The notes under the pieces were generated by a model. It ran no database searches. It was given only the letters and a program-made list of their open reading frames with translations, and was not told where the DNA came from. This document shows positions 52,700 to 62,850 of a stretch of DNA of 64,000 nucleotides, in pieces (position 1 is the first letter of the stretch; each line of letters opens with the position of its first letter). The position numbers and the translations under genes are program-made. This DNA comes from an uncultured candidatus Porisulfidus sp. (lineage in GTDB: Bacteria > Pseudomonadota > Gammaproteobacteria > Poriferisulfidales > Poriferisulfidaceae). Where the stretch lies: assembly GCA_965116025.1 (NCBI GenBank), contig OZ220480.1, positions 1,728,001 through 1,792,000 of the forward strand. The letters are read 5' to 3'.

Positions 52700-53377
52700 A
52701 TGCACCCGCAAATAATTTCTCAAGCCATTCTGGCCAGCGCGCTGGCGCTATCGCCGCCCGTTCTCGCGGACGGGCATGAAAGCGAGGCCGCGATGGCATC
52801 AGTGGAGATGCTGACCGGCGCGTGCGTGGCATGCCACGGTCCGGCTGGCGCGAGCGTGGGCCCGGCGACGCCTTCCCTAGCAGGACTTCCGGCCGTGTAC
52901 TTCATAGGCGCCATGCTGTCCTACAAGCATGGAGAGGATCTGGATGCCGCTGAGGCGGAGGTCGCGTCCGACCCGGAGTTGGAAGACGTGGAGATCTTCG
53001 CCCGCTCCGGCACTATCATGGGGCGGATCGCCTCCGGCTACAGCTTGGCCGAGATCAAGGCCATGGCGGACTACTTCGCCGACAAACCGGTAGCATTGGC
53101 GAACCAAGAATACGATGAGAAATTGGCGGCGCATGGAGAGGCGCTACATGCGGACAATTGCGAGAAATGCCATGAGGACGGCGGCCGTTCCACCGTGGAC
53201 GACATGGTCCCGCTCGCGGGGCAATGGGAGCCATATTTGCGCTACAGCCTCGTCGACTTTCACGGCGGCGCTCGGGGAATGCCGAAGAAAATGAAGTCCC
53301 GGCTTGAGGAGATCATGGAGACCGAAGGCGAGAAAGGTCGCGCGGCTCTCCTCCACTACTATGCAAGCCAACAGTAA
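52700..53377 (+). CDS. fccA: Flavocytochrome c sulfide dehydrogenase, diheme cytochrome subunit
   Basis: Sec signal, CVACH and CEKCH, TIMGRIA, MPKKM; AGGAGG RBS. Confidence 0.88.
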   Translation: MHPQIISQAILASALALSPPVLADGHESEAAMASVEMLTGACVACHGPAGASVGPATPSLAGLPAVYFIGAMLSYKHGEDLDAAEAEVASDPELEDVEIFARSGTIMGRIASGYSLAEIKAMADYFADKPVALANQEYDEKLAAHGEALHADNCEKCHEDGGRSTVDDMVPLAGQWEPYLRYSLVDFHGGARGMPKKMKSRLEEIMETEGEKGRAALLHYYASQQ

Positions 53378-53395
53378 TCGAGGAGGAACACGATC

Positions 53396-54682
53396 ATGGC
53401 AAATTTGACGAGACGCGGCTTCCTGAAGGCGACTGGCGGCATCGCGGCCACGGGCGCCTTTGGAGTGGGCTTTCCCCATATCGCTCTTGGAGCGACCAAG
53501 AGCGTGGTGGTCATTGGTGGCGGCGCAGCGGGCGCGGTCGCGGCGAAACGCGTCAAAATCGCGGACCCGAGCATTGACGTCACGCTCATTGAGGAAAACG
53601 AGCACTATTACACCTGCTTCATGAGCAACGAGGTCATCGGCGGAGGGCGCGACATCTCGACGATCCGCCATGGCTATGACGGCTTGGCTAATCACGGGGT
53701 GCGGGTCGCGCGCGCTAGAGCCACGGAGGTGGATACCGAAGCCCGCGTCGTGACTACCGACGGAGGGGACAGCTTCTCGTATGACCGGCTCATCGTCAGT
53801 CCTGGCATCGACCTCGATCTGAACGCGATTGAGGGCTACGATATGGTAGCGACAGAAGCTATGCCGCACGCTTGGAAGGCGGGCCCGCAAACGGCATTGC
53901 TGCGAAATCAGCTCGAAGCCATGGAAGATGGCGGCACGTTCATCATCTGTCCCCCTGGAAACCCGTTCCGTTGTCCACCCGGACCTTACGAGCGAATTTG
54001 CCAAGTCGCCCACTACTTCAAGGAGCGCAAACCGAAATCGAAAATCCTGGCTCTTGACGCCAAGGACAAGTTCTCGAAAATGGGACTGTTCACGCAAGGG
54101 TGGAAGCGCCGCTACGATGGCATGATCGAATGGGTCTCCGGAACGGAAACCGCGGGCGGAATCGCCTCGGTCAATACTGGCGACATGACGGTAACCACCG
54201 AGTTTGGCGACACCCACAAAGGCGCCGTGATCAACGTCATCCCTCCGCAGAGCGCCGGGAAAATCGCGCGAGCGGCCGGCCTAACCGACGATTCCGGATG
54301 GTGCCCAGTCCATCTCGACACTTTCGAGTCGAAGCTGGTGCCGGGCGTGCATGTCATCGGCGACGCCAGCATCGCGACCGGCCTTCCGAAGTCAGGGTAC
54401 GCCGCAAACTCCGAGGCGAAGGTCTGCGCGGCGGCGGTCGTCGCCATGCTGGCCGACGCGGAGCCAGGCACCCCATCGTACGTCAATACCTGCTACAGCC
54501 TGATCGCTCCGGACTACGGCATCTCGGTCGCCGCGGTGTATCGCTTGGCGGAAGACAAAAGCAAAATCGCCAAGGTCGCGGGCGGCCTGACCCCCTCGGA
54601 CGCGTCGGACGAGATGCTGGCCCGCGAAGTTGAATACGCCTACAGCTGGTACAACAACATCGTGGCGGATATGTTCGCCTGA
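53396..54682 (+). CDS. fccB: Flavocytochrome c sulfide dehydrogenase, flavoprotein subunit
   Basis: Tat signal [29 protein letters not shown]. Confidence 0.93.
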   Translation: MANLTRRGFLKATGGIAATGAFGVGFPHIALGATKSVVVIGGGAAGAVAAKRVKIADPSIDVTLIEENEHYYTCFMSNEVIGGGRDISTIRHGYDGLANHGVRVARARATEVDTEARVVTTDGGDSFSYDRLIVSPGIDLDLNAIEGYDMVATEAMPHAWKAGPQTALLRNQLEAMEDGGTFIICPPGNPFRCPPGPYERICQVAHYFKERKPKSKILALDAKDKFSKMGLFTQGWKRRYDGMIEWVSGTETAGGIASVNTGDMTVTTEFGDTHKGAVINVIPPQSAGKIARAAGLTDDSGWCPVHLDTFESKLVPGVHVIGDASIATGLPKSGYAANSEAKVCAAAVVAMLADAEPGTPSYVNTCYSLIAPDYGISVAAVYRLAEDKSKIAKVAGGLTPSDASDEMLAREVEYAYSWYNNIVADMFA

Positions 54683-54719
54683 ACTTGCCAAAGGCGGAAC
54701 TCGCCGAACCCGAAAATCG

Positions 54720-54746
54720 CGGGGGCCGCTGAGGCCCCCGTTTTTT
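54720..54746 (+). terminator. Intrinsic terminator after fccB
   Basis: CGGGGGCC-gctga-GGCCCCCG followed by T6. Confidence 0.8.
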
Positions 54747-57700
54747 GTCCCTACGTCTCCTTGTGCTTGAGCTCCCTCCGATTCCATCCGCCGGTGAGCG
54801 GCTGAGTTGCGGCCGGCTGTACGGCGCGGCCCGCGCTCTGGCCGTCACCGAACTCGCCCGTCAGTCTTCCGGGCTCGTTCTAGTCATCGCTCCCGACATC
54901 GCCACCCAAGTTGAACTTGAAGCCGAGTGCAAGTTTTTTCTCGGCGCGGACGCGGACCTCCCGTTGCTGTTTCCCGACTGGGAAACCCTGCCCTACGACC
55001 TGACATCGCCGCATGGCGAAATCATCTCGCAACGTCTTCAGACGCTTCATCGCCTTGAGCTCGGAAAAACGGAAGGGTTGCTGATCGCCGCCGCTCCCAC
55101 CATGCTCCAGCGGCTCTGTCCTCCCACTCATGTCCGCAGTCAATCGGTCGCGTTGTCCATTAATGAGGAAATCGAGATCGAGCGCCTCCGCGGGCAGCTA
55201 AATCTGGCTGGCTACCAGACGCGCTCCCAAGTCATGGCGCCGGGAGAATACACCGTGCGCGGCTCCCTTGTCGATCTGTTTCCAATGGGGGCGGAATATC
55301 CCTATCGAATTGATTTCTTCGACGACCGCATCGATTCCATTCGAACATTCGATCCAGACCGACAAACATCGATTGCACGGACCGAGCGTCTAGAGCTTCT
55401 CCCGGCGAGAGAGTTCCCCCTAAACCCGGAATCGATTGAGCGATTCCGGAAAAACTTTCGGAACGCCTTCGATATCGACCCTTCGCAAAGTCCCGTTTAT
55501 CGAGATATCAGCGACGCTATCGTCCCAGTTGGGATCGAGTATTACTTGCCGCTCTTTTTCGAGAGTTCCGCTAGTCTGTTCGACTACTTGCCACCAGACG
55601 CGACGGTCGCGTGCTGGGAGGATGTCGACGCCACCGTCGAACGGACTCTCGACGAGATAAAGACCCGTTTCGAAAGCTGCCGCCAGGATTCCGAACGTCC
55701 GCCTCTACCCGTCCGGGACTTGTACCTGGACGTGAGCGAGTTTAAGGAAGAGCTGCGACGCTATCCACGATTGGATCTGAATCGCTTCGAGCACGAGCGG
55801 CGACCGGGAAAACTCATTTTCAACTATTCCTCGCGCGCGCTCCCAGAACTCAAAGTTCGGCCACAAAACCAAGAGCCCGCCCGCGCCTTGCGCCAGTTTC
55901 TGGCCAATCATCGGAAGGTCTTGTTCTCCACCCATTCCCCGGGACGGAGAGAGCAATTGAAAGAGCGCCTGAGCGCTCTGGAAATCAAGGTCGAGCAAGT
56001 CGATGACTGGGAAGATTTTTCTCGGCGGAAACCCTCCCTCGCGCTAACGGTAGCGAGCATAGAGGGTGGCTTCGATCTTTCCGACGCTGGGGTCGCGGTC
56101 ATCCCCGAACGCCATCTGTTCCCGGACCGTCCTCCACAGCAAACCCGGCAAAGAAGCCAGAGAGATCCAAAGACGATTTTGTCCGAGCTCGCTAACTTGA
56201 AACATGGCAGTCCTGTCGTGCATGAGGATTATGGCGTTGGACGATACCAGGGGCTCCGGAAGCTAGAAATCGACGGTGTCGCGCAAGAGTTCCTGCTCAT
56301 CCAGTATGCCAGCACGGACCGGCTATACGTGCCGATCATGGAACTGCATCGAATCACTCGCTACAGTGGCGCGGACACGGAGAACGCTCCGCTCCACTCG
56401 CTGGCCGGGGATCAGTGGAGAAAAGTCAAGCAGAAAGCGGAGAAACGCGCCTACGACACTGCCGCGGAGTTGCTGGAGATCCAGGCTCGACGCAACGCGC
56501 AAAGCGGATGTGAAATCAAGATTCCCCATGATTATCCGAGTTTTGAGGCGAGCTTTCCGTTTGACGAGACTCTGGACCAAGCGCAAGCCATCCAGGAAGT
56601 TCTGGAGGGACTGGAAAGCGATGTTCCGATGGATCGGATCGTTTGCGGCGATGTCGGCTTCGGGAAGACCGAGGTCGGGATGCGCGCCGCGTTCGTCGCC
56701 GCGTTCAATGGGTTTCAAGTCGCCGTCCTTACGCCCACCACCCTGCTCGCGCAGCAGCATGGAAAAACGTTCCGCGACCGCTTCGCCGACTGGCCAGCTC
56801 GAATCGAGACGATATCCCGGTTTCGAACGGCCCAGGAGCAAACCGGGATCTTGCGCGACCTCGCCAAGGGAGAGATCGACATCATCGTCGGCACGCACCG
56901 GTTGCTACAGGACGACGTGCGGTTCCATAACCTAGGTCTGGTCATCGTCGACGAGGAGCAACGCTTCGGCGTAAGGCACAAAGAACGGCTGAAGGCATTG
57001 CGGACCCGCACCAACCTGCTGACCTTGACCGCCACCCCGATCCCGCGCACGCTTAACATGTCGCTATCCGGCTTACGCGACCTTTCGGTCATCGCTACCG
57101 CTCCGGCCTACCGCCATGCCATAAAAACCTATGTCGCCCCTTGGAACCGGCAGCAAATCCGGGACGCTTGCTTGCGCGAGTTGAAGCGTGGCGGACAGGT
57201 TTATGTGCTTCATAATCGAACCGCGTCAATCGAGGAAGCCGCGACCTCTATCCGGGAGATCATTCCCGAGGCCGAGGTTCGGGTCGCGCATGGAAAAATG
57301 CGAGAGCGGGATCTGGAAGCGGTGATGCGCGATTTCTATCGCCAGCGATTCAACGTTCTGGTCTGCACCACGATCATCGAGAGCGGGATCGATATCCCGA
57401 CCGCCAACACCATCATCATTGAGCGCGCGGACCGTTTCGGTCTGGCCCAGTTGCACCAACTGAGAGGCCGAGTGGGACGCTCCCATCACCTCGCCTATGC
57501 ATACTTGATCTGCCCTCCCCTGCAAACGCTGACGGCTGATGCGAGAAAGCGAATCGAGGCCATTGAGGCCATGGAGGAGCTTGGTTCCGGTTTTATGCTG
57601 GCGACCCAGGACCTCGAGATTCGGGGAGCTGGCGAATTGCTGGGAGAAGAGCAGAGCGGGCAGATCCAGCAGATTGGCTTCGCGCTGTACCACCGTCTCC

Positions 57701-58212
57701 TTCAGCGCGCCGTGACAACCTTGAAGAAAGGCGACCTTCCGGAATTCGACAAGCCGCTTGAGCACGGACCCGAGATCGACTTAGGTCTCCAGTCTCTAAT
57801 CCCGGACGACTACCTTCCCGATATCTATCTGCGACTTACGCTGTACAAGAGAATCGCGGGAGCCACGTCTGGAGCTGAACTCGATGAGTTGCAGGTCGAG
57901 ATGGTAGACCGTTTCGGCATCTTGCCGCCAGCCGTTATCAACCTGTTCGCGGTCACGCGCCTTAAACTGGAAATCGCGGCACTGGGATTTTTCCGTAAAA
58001 TACAGATGACGAGACACGGGGGGCGAATCGGCTTCACCGAGGCTGGACCCGAGCCGGATGCGATCCTCCAGATCATTAACGACCAGCCGGACCATTACCA
58101 CCTGGACAATAAGATGCGCCTGCACATTGAACTGGACCTGCCGACGCTTGAGGACCGGATCCGCGTCATCCAAGATTTGGCGCGTCGCGTCGGGACCCGG
58201 AAAGCCGCATGA
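54745..58212 (+). CDS. mfd: Transcription-repair coupling factor (start uncertain)
   Basis: FPDWETLPYD, GDVGFGKTE, DEEQRFG, TATPIPRT, QLRGRVGR. Confidence 0.97.
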   Translation: MSLRLLVLELPPIPSAGERLSCGRLYGAARALAVTELARQSSGLVLVIAPDIATQVELEAECKFFLGADADLPLLFPDWETLPYDLTSPHGEIISQRLQTLHRLELGKTEGLLIAAAPTMLQRLCPPTHVRSQSVALSINEEIEIERLRGQLNLAGYQTRSQVMAPGEYTVRGSLVDLFPMGAEYPYRIDFFDDRIDSIRTFDPDRQTSIARTERLELLPAREFPLNPESIERFRKNFRNAFDIDPSQSPVYRDISDAIVPVGIEYYLPLFFESSASLFDYLPPDATVACWEDVDATVERTLDEIKTRFESCRQDSERPPLPVRDLYLDVSEFKEELRRYPRLDLNRFEHERRPGKLIFNYSSRALPELKVRPQNQEPARALRQFLANHRKVLFSTHSPGRREQLKERLSALEIKVEQVDDWEDFSRRKPSLALTVASIEGGFDLSDAGVAVIPERHLFPDRPPQQTRQRSQRDPKTILSELANLKHGSPVVHEDYGVGRYQGLRKLEIDGVAQEFLLIQYASTDRLYVPIMELHRITRYSGADTENAPLHSLAGDQWRKVKQKAEKRAYDTAAELLEIQARRNAQSGCEIKIPHDYPSFEASFPFDETLDQAQAIQEVLEGLESDVPMDRIVCGDVGFGKTEVGMRAAFVAAFNGFQVAVLTPTTLLAQQHGKTFRDRFADWPARIETISRFRTAQEQTGILRDLAKGEIDIIVGTHRLLQDDVRFHNLGLVIVDEEQRFGVRHKERLKALRTRTNLLTLTATPIPRTLNMSLSGLRDLSVIATAPAYRHAIKTYVAPWNRQQIRDACLRELKRGGQVYVLHNRTASIEEAATSIREIIPEAEVRVAHGKMRERDLEAVMRDFYRQRFNVLVCTTIIESGIDIPTANTIIIERADRFGLAQLHQLRGRVGRSHHLAYAYLICPPLQTLTADARKRIEAIEAMEELGSGFMLATQDLEIRGAGELLGEEQSGQIQQIGFALYHRLLQRAVTTLKKGDLPEFDKPLEHGPEIDLGLQSLIPDDYLPDIYLRLTLYKRIAGATSGAELDELQVEMVDRFGILPPAVINLFAVTRLKLEIAALGFFRKIQMTRHGGRIGFTEAGPEPDAILQIINDQPDHYHLDNKMRLHIELDLPTLEDRIRVIQDLARRVGTRKAA

Positions 58213-58922
58213 AAAAAATTCTTCTCGGGATCTTGGCTTGCTTTTTGCCTACCATCGGCATCACCGAGGAACTATACCGCGTGGAAATTTTGGTCTTCGC
58301 GCAACCGGAAGAAGCCACCGATTCCATTCGGCGCTTCGAGGAAGCTCCAGAACTAGATATCGCTCCAATAGTCGATTTTCGACAGCATTTCTGCCTTCCC
58401 GCGGGACCGAAACTGGACTTCTTGCGGCGTTTCGCCTCCGAAGAGGCAGTCGCGGATTGTTTAGGTGGATACTTGCGCCTGAACGAGCTTCGCCAGCCTA
58501 TGGTGACGGAGCGCATCCGCCTTGAAAAGTCCGGGCAATACCGGATTCTCCATCATGCCGCTTGGCAGCAACCCGTCACGTCCCCCGATGAGGCGCATCA
58601 GATTCGGCTAACCAACGGAAGAACCTTGGCGCAGGCATCATCGGACGCTCCGGTGGTGGACGGAAGCCTGCGACTCTCTCGGGAGCAATTCCTCCAGATC
58701 GACCTGAAGATTCTCTACTACTACCCAAACTCCGAGTCCAGGGAAAGCTCAGCGACAGACGGCTTGTTGTTCCAAGTCAGTCGCAAGCTCAGAAGCGGCG
58801 ACCTCAATTACCTAGATCACCCCGTGATTGGGATTCTGGCCCAAGTCACGGAAGTGAAAGAAAATCCAAATGTTTCGGGTGTTGGCGCAAGCCCCCGCAT
58901 AGCGGTCAATCCAACACGCTGA
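58209..58922 (+). CDS. csiV: CsiV-family peptidoglycan-binding protein
   Basis: Signal peptide, YRVEILVF, YRILHHAAWQQP, RKLRSGDLNYLDHP; follows mfd. Confidence 0.8.
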   Translation: MKKILLGILACFLPTIGITEELYRVEILVFAQPEEATDSIRRFEEAPELDIAPIVDFRQHFCLPAGPKLDFLRRFASEEAVADCLGGYLRLNELRQPMVTERIRLEKSGQYRILHHAAWQQPVTSPDEAHQIRLTNGRTLAQASSDAPVVDGSLRLSREQFLQIDLKILYYYPNSESRESSATDGLLFQVSRKLRSGDLNYLDHPVIGILAQVTEVKENPNVSGVGASPRIAVNPTR

Positions 58923-58933
58923 TCGGCGCTTTT

Positions 58934-60007
58934 TCAGTCGGATTGCGACTGCACATGCAACGTTCGGGTCGGAAACGCGATCTCGGCCCCATGCCGCTCC
59001 ACTATTTCCGCCACGTCGAGCAAAATATTCTGCTTTATTTTCGTGTACTCCGCACGATGGACCGTGGTGGTGTAGCACTGGAAAAAGAAGTCTATCGAAG
59101 ATTCGTTGAACGCGTCAAAACGCGCCAGCACAGGCATCTTATGGTCTATATTAGGCGCTTTTTCCAGTAGAGCCTGCACCTCTTCGACGACGGTCCGCAT
59201 TTTCCTTAAATCATCGTAGCGCAACCCGATCACTTGCTTGATCATGCGGTGCGACATCCGTCCCGGGTTCTCGATCACGATGGTCAGGAACATGCCGTTC
59301 GGGATGTACAGGGCATTTTTCGAGTGCGTCCGAATCAGAGTCTGCCGCCACCCGATTCTCTCGACGGAACCTTCGATCTCGCGGTCTGGAGAGCGTATCC
59401 AGTCTCCAGTCTTGAACGGACGATCCATGTGCAGCATCAGGCCTCCAAAGAAATTCCCTAGCATGTCCTTGGCCGCGAGCCCTACCACCAATCCTCCCAC
59501 CCCGCTGAACGTCAGAAGACCGACGATGCTGACCCCAAAGGTCTGGAGCAAGCCCATGCCAACCAGCACGATGATGGCCGCCTGCAGGGTCCGGGCGACA
59601 GCTAGGTGCAGATCCTCATCCAAACTCTTTCCTTCGGCCCGGGCGCGCTGACGCGCCAGTTCGCTGTAGATGCGGACCAGCGAGAACAGGAACCACCCCA
59701 AGATCAGGAATACGCCCGATTTCCGCATCTTGACCAGCCACGATGGATCGATGAGTTCATCCAGCAACACACCACCGATCAAGCTCAGCGCCACGAGCCA
59801 GATGAGTGCCTGAATGGGTCGAGACACCGAAAGCAACACGGCGTCATCCACTATGTAATACGTGCGCTCCGCGGCTCGGCGCAGGACCTTCAGAAGCCAA
59901 CGTCCAGCAAAACTAACTACCAACGCCCCGACTAACAACAGCGACACGTTCGTCAATCGCTCCCGCTCCAACAGAGTCAGGACGTATTCAAACCACTGCT
60001 CAATCAT
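58934..60007 (-). CDS. MscS-family mechanosensitive channel
   Basis: GLAAKDMLGNFFGG, PFKTGDWI, EGSVERIGWR, IAFPTRT. Confidence 0.92.
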   Translation of the reverse strand: MIEQWFEYVLTLLERERLTNVSLLLVGALVVSFAGRWLLKVLRRAAERTYYIVDDAVLLSVSRPIQALIWLVALSLIGGVLLDELIDPSWLVKMRKSGVFLILGWFLFSLVRIYSELARQRARAEGKSLDEDLHLAVARTLQAAIIVLVGMGLLQTFGVSIVGLLTFSGVGGLVVGLAAKDMLGNFFGGLMLHMDRPFKTGDWIRSPDREIEGSVERIGWRQTLIRTHSKNALYIPNGMFLTIVIENPGRMSHRMIKQVIGLRYDDLRKMRTVVEEVQALLEKAPNIDHKMPVLARFDAFNESSIDFFFQCYTTTVHRAEYTKIKQNILLDVAEIVERHGAEIAFPTRTLHVQSQSD

Positions 60008-61077
60008 ATATTCAGTTCCATGTCGTCCGCGTCAGCGTATCGGGCCGCCACCTCCGCCGCTTCTTTCCACATCGGCAACTTACGCAATTCCTGAAAGGAC
60101 ATAGATTCCGGGGTGCCGCGCATCCGAAACAGGCGCAAGCTAGCCACCGGGTCGTGGTGCTCCTTCATGCGCTCCAGCGCTTCGATGACGGTTGGCCGAT
60201 TATTGCACAAAAGCGTTACGTCGCATCCCGCCCGGAGCGCCGAGCGCATCCGGAACTCGATATCCTCATGGAGGTGTGCCGCATGCATGTTCAGATCATC
60301 GCTGAAAACGACTCCAGAAAACCCCATCCGTTCACGCAAGATTTGCTGAAGCCACTTGCGCGAGAAAGTGACTGGGGCCTCGTCCACTTCCGGAAAAATT
60401 ATGTGAGCCGTCATCAAGCCTTCGCTATACGCCGTGCCCAAGTGTTCGAAAGGAATCCAGTCCTCTCCCAGAATTTCCTGGAAACCGCGCGAGTCGACCG
60501 GCATATCCTTATGAGAATCCTCATGGACATGACCATGCCCCGGAAAATGCTTGATGACTGACTTCATGCCAGCCTGATGCATGCCCGCGATGTATCGGGA
60601 CGCTAGTTCGGAGACAACATAGGGATCCCGATGGAAAGCGCGGTTGCCGATGATCTCACTAGCACCCCAGTTCAGGTCCACTACGGGAGCGAACGAGATG
60701 TCCACACCCACCGCTTTCAACTCCGCGGCCATCAGCCAGCCCATGCGAGAGCAAGCCAAATAGGAGCACTCTCGGTCTCGACGATACAGCTGGCCAAGAG
60801 CTTGGGCGGACGGCAAGCGCGTGAATCCTTCTCGAAAGCGCTGTACCACGCCCCCTTCCTGGTCAACGCAAACCGCCAAGTCAGGACTTCGAATCTGATG
60901 AGCCTGCCAGATTAATTCGCGCAATTGCTCGGGAGATTCGTAGTTCCGAGTGAACAGGATCAGGCCTCCGACAAAAGGATGGGCGAGAATCTCTCTGTCT
61001 TCAGCACTCAGTTCCTTTCCCTGCACGTCCACGATCAGCGAACCCAGAGGAAGTTCCGCGACGGAAGCGGTTGTCAT
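60004..61077 (-). CDS. nagZ: Beta-N-acetylhexosaminidase
   Basis: VDQEGG, KHFPGHG...DSH, SDDL. Confidence 0.95.
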   Translation of the reverse strand: MTTASVAELPLGSLIVDVQGKELSAEDREILAHPFVGGLILFTRNYESPEQLRELIWQAHQIRSPDLAVCVDQEGGVVQRFREGFTRLPSAQALGQLYRRDRECSYLACSRMGWLMAAELKAVGVDISFAPVVDLNWGASEIIGNRAFHRDPYVVSELASRYIAGMHQAGMKSVIKHFPGHGHVHEDSHKDMPVDSRGFQEILGEDWIPFEHLGTAYSEGLMTAHIIFPEVDEAPVTFSRKWLQQILRERMGFSGVVFSDDLNMHAAHLHEDIEFRMRSALRAGCDVTLLCNNRPTVIEALERMKEHHDPVASLRLFRMRGTPESMSFQELRKLPMWKEAAEVAARYADADDMELNI

Positions 61078-61089
61078 AGGGTGATTTCA

Positions 61090-61436
61090 ACCCCAGTTTC
61101 AACTTTCAAGTGCAACAGCATTGTAACCCGGTGGAGAGCGGCGAGAGCGGCAGGATGACGAAGAGGATCGGGGGAAGCCAGCGAGGGTCGCCCACGTTCC
61201 GTCAGGGGAAGACCAGCCTTGCCGCGGTAGATGCCGACCCTTCGCACCACCTCCGCTCAGCTCATGCCGAGGTCGCGGAGCGCCTCGATCTTGGTAACGC
61301 TGGGTCTCGGTGAGTTGCATGTAACCGCTCACAAGTGCATCTCTCGGGGGCGGTTGATGACAATGAGCGTTACCGCGACTCATCGCCTCCCCCGCCATTC
61401 TTCGCAAGTGTCACACTTGAAAGTTGAAACTGGGGT
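61090..61436 (-). mobile_element. Internally deleted, MITE-like IS30-family element, 347 bp
   Basis: Perfect 23-bp TIRs ACCCCAGTTTCAACTTTCAAGTG (61090-61112 and 61414-61436); degenerate transposase N-terminus YMQLTETQRYQ/IEALRDLGMS*AEVVRRVG and C-terminus AVALES*. Confidence 0.85.
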
Positions 61437-61556
61437 GGGCATCACACCGCTTCCTCTTCCTTTTTTGCGTCTGTTCCGGTGTAGCATGAAACATCAAAGT
61501 ACACCGTCAAAGCTTCGGCCAATGTCGCGTTTATGGCGTTTTCTTGGATCGGTATA

Positions 61557-62849
61557 TCAATCGACCACTACATCAGTTTCTGTGCCGGATGACGACGTTA
61601 CGGCAGCATAGATTGTAAGTATTAGCTCTGATTCATCAATTACACGATATTCTGGAAGCTTCCCAGATAACTGTTCGCTTCGGGAAAGAATAATCGGCAC
61701 TCCTTCTCCGCGCTTATCCATGATATATGCTCGATGATGCTTGAAATCGTCCTCTTTAACTGGACAACGAGCCAACAAACTGGTAACAGTTTCATTCCTA
61801 GTGGCCTGCCTGTGAGGCAAGGTTTCTGGTGTCATTGTATTAATCATGGAACCTGGCGTATATAAATCTAATCTGTCATCGAACAGTCGGAGTCTGACTT
61901 TACTACCCGATATCGAATAATCTCGATGAGCAACGGCATTGGTCACCGCCTCGAACACAGCGAGCATATCAAATTGCGGAAGATCCTCACGCCCACCAGC
62001 TGGTGTTTTTCTCGCGGATATCACCATGTTCTTCCGAATAAAATCACAAGCATCAAATATCTGCTGGTCCAAAGGACCCGTGATATCCCGAGCATCACGT
62101 TGATACACTGATCGCGATTGCGTATCGATTTTTTTCCCTCGATACGCAACAGCCTGTATGAATGCCCCAGGAAGAAATTGTTGAGGTTTTGTGGAAGCTA
62201 GCAACATGCCTGCCACCGTGGGCCGCCAGACTCCGTCGCTACTTTGTGTTGCCATGGCCAATTTGGAAAGCAGCTGCTCTCGCGTATCAGTAGTCCTTGA
62301 TGTCATGAAGCGACTCCACAGCGTCTCGTCTAAATCATCAAAGTTTGCTAAGGGAACAGGGAGCTCGTCAAATCGAACTAACCGCGCCAAGCTACGTTGT
62401 TGGAACAGCCTTGCCAAATAGTCTGAAGGCATGAGTCGTTTGGAAGATCCCACACGGTGAAAGTAACCACCAGGGCTCTGATGAATAAACAGGCTAGGAG
62501 GGATTTCTACACGTACTATTGGCCGCTCAACCCCGTCACTATCTGGAAAACGAATAATATCGATCACTGGCGAACCCGGTGGATTCAAGGAATCTAGAGA
62601 CGCTTGCAGCGCTAACGCTTCCACGGCTTCTAACCGCTCTTCAGGAATTCCTAGTATTTCATGCGTCTTATCATTAACCCCTAAAAGCAATATTCCTCCA
62701 CGGGTGTTAGCAAAAGCGGCGATCTCATCCGCGAGCTCGTTCTGCTTCGGGCCTCGAATCTTGCCACCAGAAAAACGCACTTCTTTTAGTTCTAGAAAAT
62801 TATCTTCTCCTAGATTAATTTTTTCTAATAATTCACTGCGCGTGAACAT
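61557..62849 (-). CDS. Schlafen/AlbA_2 domain plus HATPase_c_4 (RecG-C-like) protein
   Basis: GEDNFLELK, IAAFANTRGG.LLLGVND, EAVTNAVAHRDY, MDKRGEG. Confidence 0.88.
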   Translation of the reverse strand: MFTRSELLEKINLGEDNFLELKEVRFSGGKIRGPKQNELADEIAAFANTRGGILLLGVNDKTHEILGIPEERLEAVEALALQASLDSLNPPGSPVIDIIRFPDSDGVERPIVRVEIPPSLFIHQSPGGYFHRVGSSKRLMPSDYLARLFQQRSLARLVRFDELPVPLANFDDLDETLWSRFMTSRTTDTREQLLSKLAMATQSSDGVWRPTVAGMLLASTKPQQFLPGAFIQAVAYRGKKIDTQSRSVYQRDARDITGPLDQQIFDACDFIRKNMVISARKTPAGGREDLPQFDMLAVFEAVTNAVAHRDYSISGSKVRLRLFDDRLDLYTPGSMINTMTPETLPHRQATRNETVTSLLARCPVKEDDFKHHRAYIMDKRGEGVPIILSRSEQLSGKLPEYRVIDESELILTIYAAVTSSSGTETDVVVD

Positions 62850-62850
62850 C

